This document shows positions 22,299 to 35,393 of a stretch of DNA of 64,000 nt, in pieces (the stretch's first letter is position 1; each line of letters starts with the position of its first letter). Source of the stretch: Phoronis australis (lineage: Eukaryota > Animalia > Phoronida); the NCBI GenBank assembly GCA_002633005.1, contig NMRA01000589.1, positions 30,641-94,640 on the forward strand, in the 5' to 3' direction. The notes under the pieces were generated by a model. That model did no database searches. It was not told the DNA's origin and saw nothing but the letters and a program-made list of their open reading frames with translations. Both the position numbers and the translations under genes were made by a program.

Positions 22299-25200
22299 AT
22301 GCTTATGAGAAACACTCTGGCTATCCTTTTAGTGACAGTCTTGGTCGTTGACGTGGGTGCAGACGCATATGAGAAGCAAAAAAAGCTACAGGCCAGGTAA
22401 ACAAAAACCATTTTTTTTCAGTCAAATCCCTGTCAGTCTAAGTATAGGAGAGTTTCATAGCGCAAGCTTTCGATGCTGATAACTAAGTAGCTATTATCAG
22501 TCACATTTGTACAGATTGTCAGCCTGTTTATGTATCTGAGTAAATGAGTAATCTTTTGCTGCTGTCGTGGTAGCTCCTAATTCAGTAAATAGTACCAGAG
22601 TTTATGTTCCACAAGATTATTGGAAAGGTTTTAGCATTAGAGTTAGTACATTGAGTATGATAACTTGTAGAAAACCTAATAATCAGACCAAATCACATAA
22701 CTGTCATTTCTCGTAATCTGGAAACATACATACAAACTATGGTGACCGGATATACTTTTTGGGAAGTCGTTTGCTTCACTGTGCTGTCGACCTCAGATTC
22801 GAAGTGCGATCACACGTGATATTCTGTCGTTAATATCCTTGTCAGTCAGTCGTTTGTCGAATGACTGCGAGCGCATGTGCACATTTATCATAAACGGGAG
22901 GGAGATTAGAAACTGTGTGGTGACTACAAAGTTTTAAAATTTCCTTAGCGCGTGGTTTAAAAAAATCAATCTTAAATTTTGTGATTTTTTCTGGAAGTTC
23001 CCTCACAGGGGAAAGTGAATAACTATATAGTACGCGTTGCGAGATGGTATCTCGTCACGAGTTGTTTAAACGGTATTTTTGACGAGCCTTCGCGACACAA
23101 ACTCCACAGCACCGCCACCTAGATTACAAGCTGTGCTGTCGTGGAAAGGGGATAATGAACAAGTACATATATGTACCCATGCGCTCAGCGGAGTTCAGTT
23201 GACCTTGAGTTTGACCTTTCATCCATAAAATAATACTAAAAACGGACTCACCGTCCCAGAAATCGTTAGAAACGGAACAATACTGGATCCTACAAGTCAT
23301 TATGTCAAGAAGACGGAATTGGGCGAAACTGAAGATGATCGTTTGGAAGGCACAAATTTGTATGCAAGTTTTGAATTCCATTCTTTATCGTGCCATATAT
23401 CTTTAAAATTTTAAAAGAAGGTCAACTGTGATGATCTTACAGATGAATCAAGAACCACGACCCTTAAAAATGTCCACATTTGCCAAACTTCGGAACATCA
23501 AATCTCAAAAAATGGCTGACTGTATTCTCACGAAGCCTTCAGAAACTACCCTTTATGTAATGTTCCCCAACAAACTCATAGGCATTGTTTTTAAAATGTT
23601 CCACTTTTGCTTGTCGATCTATAAAAATATGACATTTACGAAAAAAAAACGCAAAGGTAGCATCATACGAAAACGAAATGGTGAGGTAGAAAAATGTAAC
23701 AGGGGTTTTGAGATTTCATCTTCAAAATTTATGTCAAACAAAAGTTGATCACTTTACTGATTCCATGTTTTGTCATGGATAAACCTAAAGAGACTGGGTC
23801 ACATGTACTAAAAAGACATGGTCACATGACAACGATAATTACGGATTGGTATAAAGTCAAACTTCAAATTACACATATGCTTTCTACTTTCAGAAAATAA
23901 ACATTTTTTAATAAGTTAAAAACTGCAGTTTTGTAGATATCTTGTTGATTAGCTGATCTCGAGTTATGAGCATTTATTGGTCGAAACATGCAACGTAATA
24001 TCGGGACTACCAATCACAGCACTGGTTATCTTCCATTATGTTTAGTGTGAAAAGTTGTCAGATATTGTTGCCCCATTTTCCCTTTACGTGGTTTATGGTG
24101 TCATAAGGAAGAGCTATCAGAGAAGTGCGGATATGACGCAACGGACTCCCGTGTTGGTGGACGTCACGGTCATCGTGGAGCTAAGCGGAAACTTTTAGTT
24201 GAAATAGCTTTTCTTCGTTTTTGGGATAGGATTCGCGATTGTGATATGCAGTGCTACAAAGTAAGGTTTAATGATGGTTACAATGTGGTCACTTGTCAAA
24301 ACAAAGTAATTTGATTTTAAACACTTTAAAATGATAGAGAATAACGCGTTTATGTTATTTTGATGAGAATTTCAGCCTTTGTGTGCACCATTTATTTTAA
24401 ACTGATAGATCTCAGCAAGAACAGAACGGAATGGTGCGGATTGAGGACATCAATGCCCACCAGTGCACCAGACTGCTCGTCTCGGGTGACCATCCCCTAC
24501 GTGGTAAGAGAATCACAGCATCGACCTCATATAGCGCCAAACACTCACCGAGCAGGGCTCGCATATACAGAACTGCATATGGCAGGAAAAAGGGGTCGTG
24601 GTGTGCAGGCCTGAATGACACCCATCAGTGGCTCAAGTTTGACCTGAATCGAGTTAGAAATGTGGCAGGGATTGTGACCAAAGGGCGTTCACATGAAAAG
24701 TCCGAGTTCGTCACGTCGTACAAGGTAAAATATAGCGAAGACGGCAAATCCTGGTCCTTCATAAGAAACAACCTTGGCGAGCATAAGGTAAATATCGTTT
24801 TGTTTTGGTTCTACCATTACTTACATGTGTTCTTGTTGTAAATTGTTTAGCCTAAAGCACGTCTAACGTCAGTGATTTATTCAAAATAGAAATTAACCTT
24901 TGCTAGACAGTCAAATAACGCAACCATGTATATGCTTAGTAAATGTGTATGTATATCATCGTATATGTATATGTACATGTGTATATGTACGTGTACATAT
25001 ACATGTATATGTATGTATTTATCGTAAACCTCATCAGTCGGTTATTGTTGAATGAACTATAATGAAAAGTAAACATAACTAAAGGTGTAGCAATAGTTAA
25101 AACGTCCGAAAGAAGCAACAACACAGTAGACAACGTCAGCAGATAACATAAAGGAAGAAAACCGGCATACATGTACCGTCTCTTACGTTAGTGTCGCTGC

Positions 25201-26108
25201 AAGAATGCATTAAGACAATATACGCTAATGTAGGATTATACGAAAATGGTTTGCATTCTTTACCCCCGCCCTCCCTGCTTGCTATTTTTTTTAAAGGATA
25301 CTAAACGCTCTTTTGATGATTTCCTCGTTCTGTCACGTTATAATGCAGCATTAGCGACAACCTTCCAAGTTAAAGACAGGAATCATCTAAAAATTCTGGC
25401 TATGTCTCAGATTGGATATTATGGCCCTTGGCGGATGGTTTTTCCCACAGTTGCCGTGTACAGGTCACGCTTGCCCGTTAAGCAGAACGTGAAAGGAGAT
25501 TTTTAAATATTCCTCCAAACGTCTGAGGATTGTCGAGGGTGACGGAGCTTTATTCTGTTTCAGAGAACTAGATGGGAAAGTTGTTTTTTATTATCTCTCA
25601 ATGGGTCAGTATCGGGTTTGGAATCCTTTTTAGCGTAAGCCTAAATTTGTCTTTGAATGACATTTCTCATTTCTTGGCTAATTTTGACTAGTTGGTTAAA
25701 ACCGATTGATAATCCTCGTGGAGTCTTTAAAATGTCGAATAATGTCAGTAGTCTCTCGCCGACATAGTTCTAGTGGGGCGTAGGGGTCGAGGGGGTCGAG
25801 GGGGTTTTGGAACAATCCAAAGAAAACGCATTCACGTAAGGAAATCGAACAAATTTTAATCAGAAGGCTCCAAACAACTGTTAAAAGTTGTTTGAGATAA
25901 CTTCTGCTCAACTTTGTCCATTTTGCTCATCGGATTCTCGACAATGTCACTTGAATATCGTCTGTTACAGATTTTCAAAGGAAACTTCGATTTTGAGACC
26001 ATAAAGGTGAACGCCATTTCACCTCCGATCAAAGCTCGACTCATTGCAATTCATCCGCAGACCTGGCATGGATGGATCTCCATGAGAGCTGATGTGTTGG
26101 GATGCTAG
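22299..26108 (+). CDS. Secreted single F5/8 type C (discoidin) domain protein, ~204 aa
   Basis: Exons 22299-22396 (signal peptide MLMRNTLAILLVTVLVVDVGA), 24409-24787 and 25971-26108, with compatible phases. Motifs ITASTSY...RARI...GSWCA...QWLKFDL...GIVTKGR...FVTSYKVKYSEDGKSW...IFKGNFD...PPIKARLIAIHPQTWHGWISMRADVLGC. TATAAA at ~22226. Confidence 0.9.
22890..22935 (+). mobile_element. Tiny Gypsy-like RT remnant in an intron
   Basis: Reads KREG..LCGDYKV, resembling the Gypsy RT motif K..G.(V/I)RLCGDYK. Very short. Confidence 0.35.
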
Positions 26109-29100
26109 TAAGAGAGCCCGGCGTCGTTGTTTCCGAGAAACTGAACCCAGGAACGCATGTGTGTGCGTGTATTTTTGCGATTTAATTGGTCTAACACATT
26201 CGATTGATAAACTGCCTAGCTCACCACAAGGACTAATGAGACTACCTGAGCACCAGGCAACGTTTAATTGTCAATGAATAACACAGCGACCTCCGCCGTT
26301 GCTAAACTTAGCGTCTTTGAACGAACAAACCCATCCAGCATACTTTTCTTATTTGAGAAAGGTCAGTTTCTCATTTCCTTTTTGTTACATACTATTTGTT
26401 CCGCAGTGGTAATAAGCATGACCTGTCTTCGTCACATTTTTAAAACAAAATGAAGAAAATGGAAAGGGTAAGAAAGAAATTTTGATCACTAATTAGTTGT
26501 TATGCTTTATTAAAACGTTATTTCGTCGATGTCGGCAAGAGTGACAGTCTCAGACATTGTGCCTTTTGTATCCTTTGATATATGTCCCCTGGACTATGGA
26601 AACAAGCAACAAATATGCATCAACACAGACAATAGGAGAAATTTCATAGACGTGTTTCACCGACAATGCCCTTACCCTTGTTCGCGCTATGCCGTCAAAC
26701 TTTACTGTTCAAAACATTTACAAAATAGGCTTTCACGAGAAACGGATACAGTAGACCGTGGCTCTGACACGTCAATCAAGCTTTTAAATTTCAGCCAATC
26801 AAATCGCGCGAAACGCTGCGATCGCCCACTATTTTGGGTCACAAAAGCCGAGACGGTTTCGCAATGAGGTTGGGACACTATCAACGATATATACGGAAAA
26901 CGTTAAAGGAAAAGTGCATCCATAGTTGTAGACATCACCCAAGATGTTATGGATACACCAAGTTGGAACTACAGAATCTTTAACGTCACTATCAGCTCAA
27001 AGTTCGACAGGGGAAATACGTTTTGCGAAGAAATAGCGTATTTAAACGCACCTATTCCTGTCACCGAATCCAGCGCAGCACTGAAAAAAGTGGGGAGGGG
27101 GGCTATAGCCCCCAGCCCCCTGTGGTACCCCGCCCATGTATTATAGTTAGAATAACCACACGACTGCTTTTTCCAGTTTCACAGAGCTTTCCCGTTTCAT
27201 ATTCTCAGTTGTGTCCTGTCAATAGACGACAGTGTCATGTCCCAAAGACATGATGAATATAGAGAGACAAATAAGCACTCTGAGTTTTGCGAATATTTAC
27301 GTGATCACAGCATAGTACGTCGGTCATTCTAGACCATCAACGGAACGGCGAGAGTTTGAGCGTTTTTATCGTGTGAATATATGGGCATTAAATTTTAGGA
27401 GGTCCATTCCTTTCTGCATCATACTCATCATGTCCTTGGGACAATACCTACCCGCATTGTCGCCTGTTGACACAGGACACAGGTGTGAACGTATGAAGGA
27501 CTAGTTGTGTAGCTGAAAAAAGCGAAATCCAGTCGTGTGTTTTTGAATGACACTTGTCTGAAAGAGGAGTTTATACCAAATTACGCTAAGTAGTATAATA
27601 TATTTGACTGACCTGAGGTGCACAATGAGCGACTGCAGCAGTGTGCCTATCGACAGTTTTCCACGGAACCAAGTTTTTTGAGAGAAAACCAATTTATCGC
27701 GTGACGTAGCAAAACCACGAAAGCGAAAAGCGAGTGTTTTGCGAGTATGCTAACCTGGGTGGAGTTCAGTAGCTGTCTCGCGACTTGAGAAAAATCTAGC
27801 CAAAACCACGTGTTCTCATAAAATGCGTGGGAATAACTCACGTAATCTCGCGAAATCTTGCTTTTTAGCGAGGTCCAAGCACAGTAACAATTTTACGGAA
27901 ATCGCCGGAATATCACGAGTAATATCCAGTTCTTCTCAATTTTTTTCTCCGCAAGCGAACTAACTCGAAATTCAATTCCCGACTCCGGAATTTCAAACTT
28001 TTGGAGGAATCGTTCCCCGTCACATACGCTGGTTTTATGACACACGGAAGCGGCATACTTGGAACACACTTGGTCCAGTTTATACCATTTTGTAAAAGGT
28101 CGATTGAAAAAACTTTCGCGTTTCTCTGCGCGAAGCACAGTAACGGCAACATACAGCATCCGACGACGAAATGCACGGTAGCCAAGTAAATGATGAAATG
28201 CATTTTCACTAAAAAGATAGTTCACACCTACCGTTGAAAGTACTTCCAAACACAAAGTTTTCAAACTGGAAGTGGTTTTGCGTCAGATGGTTGCGATCTT
28301 CACCACCAAGCGATTTTATTTTTACTACAACTTCGTCAGTTTCGTCGTCCGCTTTAAGGAGGACACCTAAATCGCCAATGCACGGTTTTGTGTAATCGGT
28401 AAACCAACCCGTAAGAGCTAAGTATTGGCTTGGTTTTGTGTAACTGCTGGTTGTAACTAGTGTTTCAGACGAGCGAGAGTTGGTTTGCTTAGCAGGTGAA
28501 TTATCTCGCGATTCTGTACTGTCCATTTTCTGCTCAGTTGAATATTGACGTCGATGATAACGGCACTGGAAGTCCATGATGGTATATGTAGGCCCAGAGG
28601 TTCCTGAAACAACTTAACCACAATGCGTCTCGACTTTCACCTTCTTCTGGTGCGTTCACGTTCTCGATATTCAGGACGATCTATCGGACTGTTGTGTACC
28701 TACTGTGTTCACGGAACGCGCGTGCCCAGGGCTCGTATAACTCGTCTTATGTGCCTACAAAAATGAACCCCTCCCACGACACCCGCTTTCTTTGTGACTT
28801 GAGGTGCCGACAATACTAAAACTATAGGTTGGCCCGGTTTGTTATCAGCTGATAACCTTTCTCGAGCACTTTAATGGCAGCTAAACATCTTTCATGTTCA
28901 ACAAAAAGCATTTTTAGAAAAAGAGCATGACAGAGGTAATTCGAGAAGTACAGGTAATTTGAATTTAAGTCGGCTTGCAAACCCCAAATACCGGTGGTGG
29001 TGGTGGTGGTGTGTGTGTGTGTGGGGGGGGGGTGTTTGCATTCGCATCCGTACGGGCTTGCGATTAAGTCTCTTTTTCGCGTTCTCGTACGCTACTTTAA

Positions 29101-31759
29101 CTTTTTCCTGTTACTAAGAAACTGAATTTTCTTTGTGTAAAATAATATATTTCACACAAACATTTTGAAATGCTTAAGAATCTATGCTGAAGTGAAGTTC
29201 TAAACAGGCCAACATCTTTCCAGAGGACTTGTCCTTCAATTTCCCAGTTACGTCGTAGTCGCCCTACAATGTCATGAACAAATAGTTTCAGTAGTTGAGT
29301 CCCTTGCTCGGGTCTACAATATCTAGGACGTGGAAACGATTCCACGGTAGCCTCTCTAAAAACTTGGCCCGTGTCGTACCAAATAAAAGGTTTTACTACC
29401 GTTAGTAGCATTCCTGAAAGCCACAAGAGCAGCCGGGAGAGGTTGGTGCAAGACGTTATATATATTGCGGTGAACTGGCCTGCAGTTGGAATCCCCATTC
29501 CCAGACCTGCTAACACCGAACTTGCGGTAATGTAAACCTGTGCCCGTAAACCTAACACGCACGCAGGAAATGTTCCACACTCGGGACCAAACTCCAGTTC
29601 CGGTGTCTGGACGAATAACCTGGCGGGACCCTGGGATTGGAGTTTAGTCACTGAATATGGAGCATTTTTGTTGCGATTGAAGTTCATTAAGTGGCGACGT
29701 CAGGTAGGGGTTTGAGCTGGAATGCGCCTATGGAATCGTTACCACGTCATGACAGATAAAAGTAATTAACAAAATGGGGTGATGTGAGAGAGCATGTCCG
29801 CCAACTTATGCTTTAAAGCTATTTGCCCACAAGACCGTCAAAGACGTACGTATCTAGGCAGTAAGCCCCTTTGCGGGTATCATGGACATCTCAGCATTGG
29901 CTAGGCCTATGAATGAAACATATGTTCCTTCAGAGAGTGAGACTTAGATATTTCATGCAATTGTTTCAGTTCTGTCAATGATCAACCCTATCAGATGGTA
30001 AGCCTTGAGTTAGCGTGCTGGGAATCAGAATGTGAATTCCAATTTATCGAGCGATCTCTGCCGTCCATTTAGAAAACAGCTCGGATCATCTGTATCGGCC
30101 GTCTGAAAAAGCACCTGTGAACGCTCGGCGGTATCTGATCTGCCGTGTTATCGTCCGCCCACCAAAATTAGACGTCAGATATGCCTTGGATTGAGTTCTT
30201 ACCGTGAGAAGACTACATTCAGGTGACGTAGTTCTGGTTAAGCCATATTCGTCCATGGTGATTGCTTGCATGTTTGACCACAATATTGCCTTTTTGTAAA
30301 TTAATGCTACGTGAGACGATAATTAGGACAACATTGTTTCGGGGTTGTCTGATTTCTGATCAGATGTCCTGCCCGCATTACAACGTATTCCCGTCTAGAC
30401 CGTATTCCAGACGACGCCGGATTTCAGAGAATACCAACAATTCAGAGCTGGATTAATGTTACTTTTGATGGGCTCGTACTTTTGTACGATAACACGTTTG
30501 TTGAGAAACCATAATACCGATGTTTTCGCAAACCAATCAACGTTACTTTGAACACGCCTTACGTTAAAAAACAAAACTTTTGCTGTGCAAATCAGGGGCT
30601 GATCCAGGATTTTGAGTTGGGGGGGGGGGGGGGGGGGGNGGGCAAGGCAGAGTATTAGCCAGGATTTTGAAATTTGCACACCCAGAACTGCCAAGTGGAA
30701 TCTGGGAGAATTTTAGGGGGGCCATGGCAACCTTGGTCCCCTCTAAATCCGCCACTGCACTTCCAACCGATATGAAATTGGTCTCTGTTTCTTCGAATTA
30801 TAATTTTAGAGGCAATTTCACACCAGGTGAAGTGCAGAGCATGACATCTACACTCTTTCACAGTGCTACGAAATGTAGCACTGCGGAATGTTGTGTAACA
30901 TGGCTTCTCATGAAACTAACGTCATAACATTCAGTCGTTCCCATTGGTTGAAATCTGGGAAACCCCTTTCAGTTTTCTGTTACGTAGTATGGCGACCGCC
31001 TTTGGCAACGGGCAGTGATCGAAGTAAACAAAATCAAGGAAACCCCGATCCAGTGGCTTAAGCCCAAAGACGTTCAGTGTATAGAAGGCGTGTGCAGGTG
31101 GTGGCGATGTGATCGGTAAACTTCCGACCAAGCATGCGCATTGATGCCCACACACACACGAAATTCCATGTGCCGTTCATCATCGTTGTTTGCACAGGGC
31201 CACTTTTCAGTACAGGCGGCGCTGTGTCAGAGGGTACATGACACCAAGCTTCACAGGACAGTTTGTTCTCTTCAAACACCGGAAACCACTTCGTATTTCA
31301 TTTAGGAACTAGCTACAGGAGAAAGATGTGATAACCCAAACTTAGTCAACTCATTTGATGGAGTCCGGGTCGAGAACACTTATACATTAAACATGAATTG
31401 CAAAACTGTGCTTTTTCAACATGGTATCAATTGTTTTTAAAATAAAAAAGAACGATTTTTGAATTTCTTGTGGTATACCTACAAAATGGTGATAAATTTC
31501 ACAGTTTCTGAACTTCGACACTTTGTAAAAATGAAATACATAAGGGGCCGTAATTTATACAAAATGTTGCAATTTTACTAATGATATGGTAGTATCTTTC
31601 ATTTGATGCGAATCGTCTTTGTTCTAAACGGGGGAAAAGGTATGTCAACTTCAAATAGCTCTGTAACCAACTTTCTACAGAGAGAAACGGAGACGGGAAG
31701 GGAGGAAGAGAGTGCGGGGATTGGATTTCGGACTGGACATGTTATCTCATCCCACTTAC

Positions 31760-33211
31760 GTCTGTGAGCCAGTCGAGGTACCAGGGAATATCCGAGAGCT
31801 TGAACATCTGCTTATCCATTTTTATTTTGGATTTTGAGAATGGACAGGTGCATGCAATATTATGCGCTATCAGCTCTTTTGGACATCCTTTGGTCTTGTA
31901 TTTCTCTGTGATTTTGCATGGATCATACGTGCTGCAAGAAAAGATGGCAAATAGTTATTTTTGGATAGACCAGTGTCAAGCGACAACTGAATTACACTAC
32001 TAGTTTTGATTAGATGCTGTAATTAAACGCTTTTAAAATTTATCTGTAAGAATGTCCGAAATATTGAATAACGAGAGAACGGTCTAGAAAACTGGCAACC
32101 ACGACTGCTCAGGCACCAGTTACCTGCTGTGCCGGGTGGGTATTTTTTGGAATAAACTGAGTTTACTACGTTCTGTAGGGCAATTTGTAATGACATGGCG
32201 TCCCTGACTTAAGATCAACGAACTTTGCTTTCAATGTAAAAAGCCACGAATTTGGACAACAATAGACCATTTCACTAGTTTCTGTTCTCATTCCCTTGTG
32301 ACAGGAAATAGCAATGAGGCCATTAAGTGCTTTGTTTGCAAACGTACAAACCGTGGTCAGTAAAAAAGTGTATGCATCATTTTGATGAACGTTTTACAAA
32401 TTTGGGATAGGTCACATGTTAGATAACCAATTTTGTTACCAACGATTCCATGTGGCGATTTTTATTAACCGAAAAGTTCTGGTACGTCTGCTAAACCCTG
32501 CACGTGGCGCAAATTCGCGGCCAAGGCTTGCGAATCAGCCAGTCATGGGAAATAAATTAAACGACAGTGCCACAATGATCAGGGTGAAAATTTCACTTTT
32601 CGATTTGACTAAACAGGCCTACTTGAAACCATTCTTTTCTCGTTCAGAGACCGTTGCCGTCAGAGTATACATACCAAGAGCCATATCCAGCTATACAGGG
32701 AATTTTCATCGGTTTCAGCCATCGTCTATGTTTGTAGATTTTCAGGTCAACGTCGTATTTGCTGTTCATGTCCTGCGTGACATCAACGTCAATGCTTCCT
32801 TCCAGATTTCCCGGAATTTTTATCACCCCAGGACTGATGGTCAGCGAGTTGAATTTGACCGGTCGTTTTGGATCAGGGTCTACAAACGTTTCATAGCAGA
32901 ATCTGTCATTAGTCTCCCCGCAACCGCAAGCACATTACAACGATAGCCCGACTCACTATTTTAGGCAATGCAGAATCGAAACCAGTTTGAGATCTTTTAA
33001 GTGTTTGACCATCTTCTCACTAATTACTCAAAGTGTAAGTGACGAACACTACATTCGCTTTGAAAACAATTGCTTAGGTATATGTGTATTTGCAGCGGCA
33101 ATATTTTTTTTTGTTTTTATTAAACTTACTGCAGTCTTTCCACTGGAGCGTCTTGAACTTTGCCGCAAGTGCGACTGAAGCCAGAAGTGACAAAATCAAT
33201 ACACTTCTCAT
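31760..33211 (-). CDS. GM2 ganglioside activator-like (ML domain) protein, paralog A; exons 1-3, last exon uncertain
   Basis: Exons 33211-33130 (MRSVLILSLLASVALAAKFKTLQWKDC), 32879-32675 (...ISPGVIKIPGN...KIPCIAGYGSC) and 31931-31760 (TYDPC...GCP...IACTCPF...PWYLDWLTD). Canonical GM2A cysteine pattern. No intact 90-bp exon 4 was found. Confidence 0.85.
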
Positions 33212-33674
33212 GGTTGGCGGTAGGCACGAGACAGTTAGCTACCCTCAGACGGCGATTGTGGCAGCAATGTTGAGGGGCAATCGAGGGCATGTCTTATACA
33301 GCTTTTGGAGTGATAGGACTGTAATCATTCGTGTGAAGTGCAGCATGTAGCTGGTAACCTGATCCAGGTCACATACCCACATTTGATGGCAACAAGGCAG
33401 AACTTGGTTGGGAAATGAGGAATTTGATTTCCAGAGAGGACGCATGGTTCTTTCCGGCGTGTATGTATACAAGTGCATCTCGATGGCGAACATTACAAAG
33501 CGATGTCTCGTCAGTACAGGATAACCGTTTAAACATTCACTCGTCATCATCGACCACCAGCCAAAATGAGCTTAGCTGATGCCAGTTTTGCCAGCTATTG
33601 ACTGCAGGATGGTTTCAGTTATACTGATGGTGAGGATTTTGACGGTGATGGCAACGTTGGTGATTATCGCTCTG

Positions 33675-33675
33675 A

Positions 33676-33708
<33 letters not shown>

Positions 33709-33882
33709 TGCTGATACTACTACTGCTGTTACTGCTGGTGCTGGTGCTGCTGCTTCTACTGCTGCTGCTGCTGCGGTCGATGACGATGACAAGAAAGGCG
33801 ATAATGGTCACGGAGAAGATAATGATGACAGAAATGCCTGTCGGAAATGGTGGTACTACCGATAATGATGATGATGATTATA

Positions 33883-33966
<84 letters not shown>

Positions 33967-34020
33967 ATGATGATAATGTTGTTGGTGATGATGATGATGT
34001 TGGGGGATGATGAAGATGAC
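33675..34020. repeat. Compound microsatellite, (CTG)n then (GAT)n
   Basis: Direct reading: imperfect CTG runs at 33675-33775 and a long GAT run at ~33865-33965. Confidence 0.95.
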
Positions 34021-35393
34021 GTTGTTGCTAATCATGGCGACAGCAATAGAGTGAGTGATAATCGACCGTGACAACTCATGATCTTGATGATTATGACGGT
34101 AATCGTGGTGGCAGTGAACATGATATCCCGAGTTCCCATCAATGAAAGTTAAAGTGATTTTTTCTACTTCTTTTCAGTGAGATTTCATAAAAAATAACAG
34201 TAAATCAATCTAATTGAGACTTTTTCCAATTATAGCTCTTGTAATACGTAATCACCTTAATTAGATTTAAAACTTGTAATTTTCAAAATAAATTTCTGGT
34301 TTTGCACCACCAAAATGGCTCACCCAGATGAATGGCATATTGTGCTGCATTTTTGTGAATTCCCAGTGAAAAACGCAAAAATATGCAATGCTGCTATTTA
34401 TTATTTTAGTGAACGAAATGAAACTCTTCGCGTTTTAAACTAGTGAAAATAACGGTGGGTGTGACGTCATGTTAATTTAATACCGTCTAGGTAATGACGT
34501 AGCTAGTTAGGGATCCGTAACAGAAATGAGGATATGGATTGGGAGACGGTGACACAAAGAAGCGGGTGCGGCACATAATTAGTGGCGATGGAGAGAGTGG
34601 GCAGCTGGAGGGTGGACGAGCACAACATTGTCGACGACCGATTGAGGCGCGTGGATAGCGCCTTCGGTGGCGACCGGGGTAAGAGGAGGCGGTACCATTA
34701 CTTTCCACTTCCCTGACTTCGATGGGCACGTCACTGCGTCAACGTCATGCTAACAATCTACATTACAAAAACTAGACCACTGAACCAGTTGATGCTTGGT
34801 TTATACGGTGATGACAGTGTAGATTATTAGAATTGTGTATACGGAAGAAGTGATGACGAAAGCAAAATACTGTATTGCTTGAATGTGCTGCTGCTGACGG
34901 GATGAGCGTGTTGATTACGCTGGTCTCTTTTCAAGCCGGGTTTGTTATCCGTACTATGTGACGTGATGAATTATGTTCTTTTGTTTTATAAATGTTGATT
35001 TTGGAATACAATTTATTTATTGAACATTTCAAATGTATTATTTAAAAATACAAACTGAAAAGCAGGTCATAAAACATCAGAAATGTCACTAAGAGGCTTT
35101 TTCGCCATTTTACGTCCCCTCAGATCTCATGCGTAGCCTACCTATTCCTGTCAATGTCTATGTGGAAACCAGCGGATGCTTGGTTTGGTGAACGTCATGA
35201 TGATGGTTTGAAGAATTTCTTTCGCAATACACTTCGAACAGTATCTAAATAATTTTGTTGTAGATGCTACCCTTACTTTCAGACTATGACATTAAAACGT
35301 TTGTCTTCCATTATTATGTTAAACAGTTTATTTTTTACAAATTTCAATGCAAGTTACATTTATGTCTTTTCAATGTTCAATGTCCGGAACCGT

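Noticed and set aside
24230-24260. Possible 31-bp extra exon of the discoidin gene (IRDCDMQCYK)
   Set aside because: It ends in phase 0, which is incompatible with the phase-2 acceptor at 24409. Exon 1 joins 24409 directly.
24935-25020. TA/CA-rich ORF (YIYMYMYTY...)
   Set aside because: Low-complexity dinucleotide repeat within an intron.
30594-30757. Poly-G tracts as functional G-quadruplex elements (also ~55605-55630 and ~62160)
   Set aside because: They contain ambiguous n bases or lie in short GGCGGATCCAGGATTTT...GATCCGCC-type repeats (also ~41300-41440, ~63880-63910), so run lengths are unreliable.
33572-34074. Poly-L/D/M/H/S ORFs
   Set aside because: They are translations of (CTG)n and (GAT)n microsatellites.
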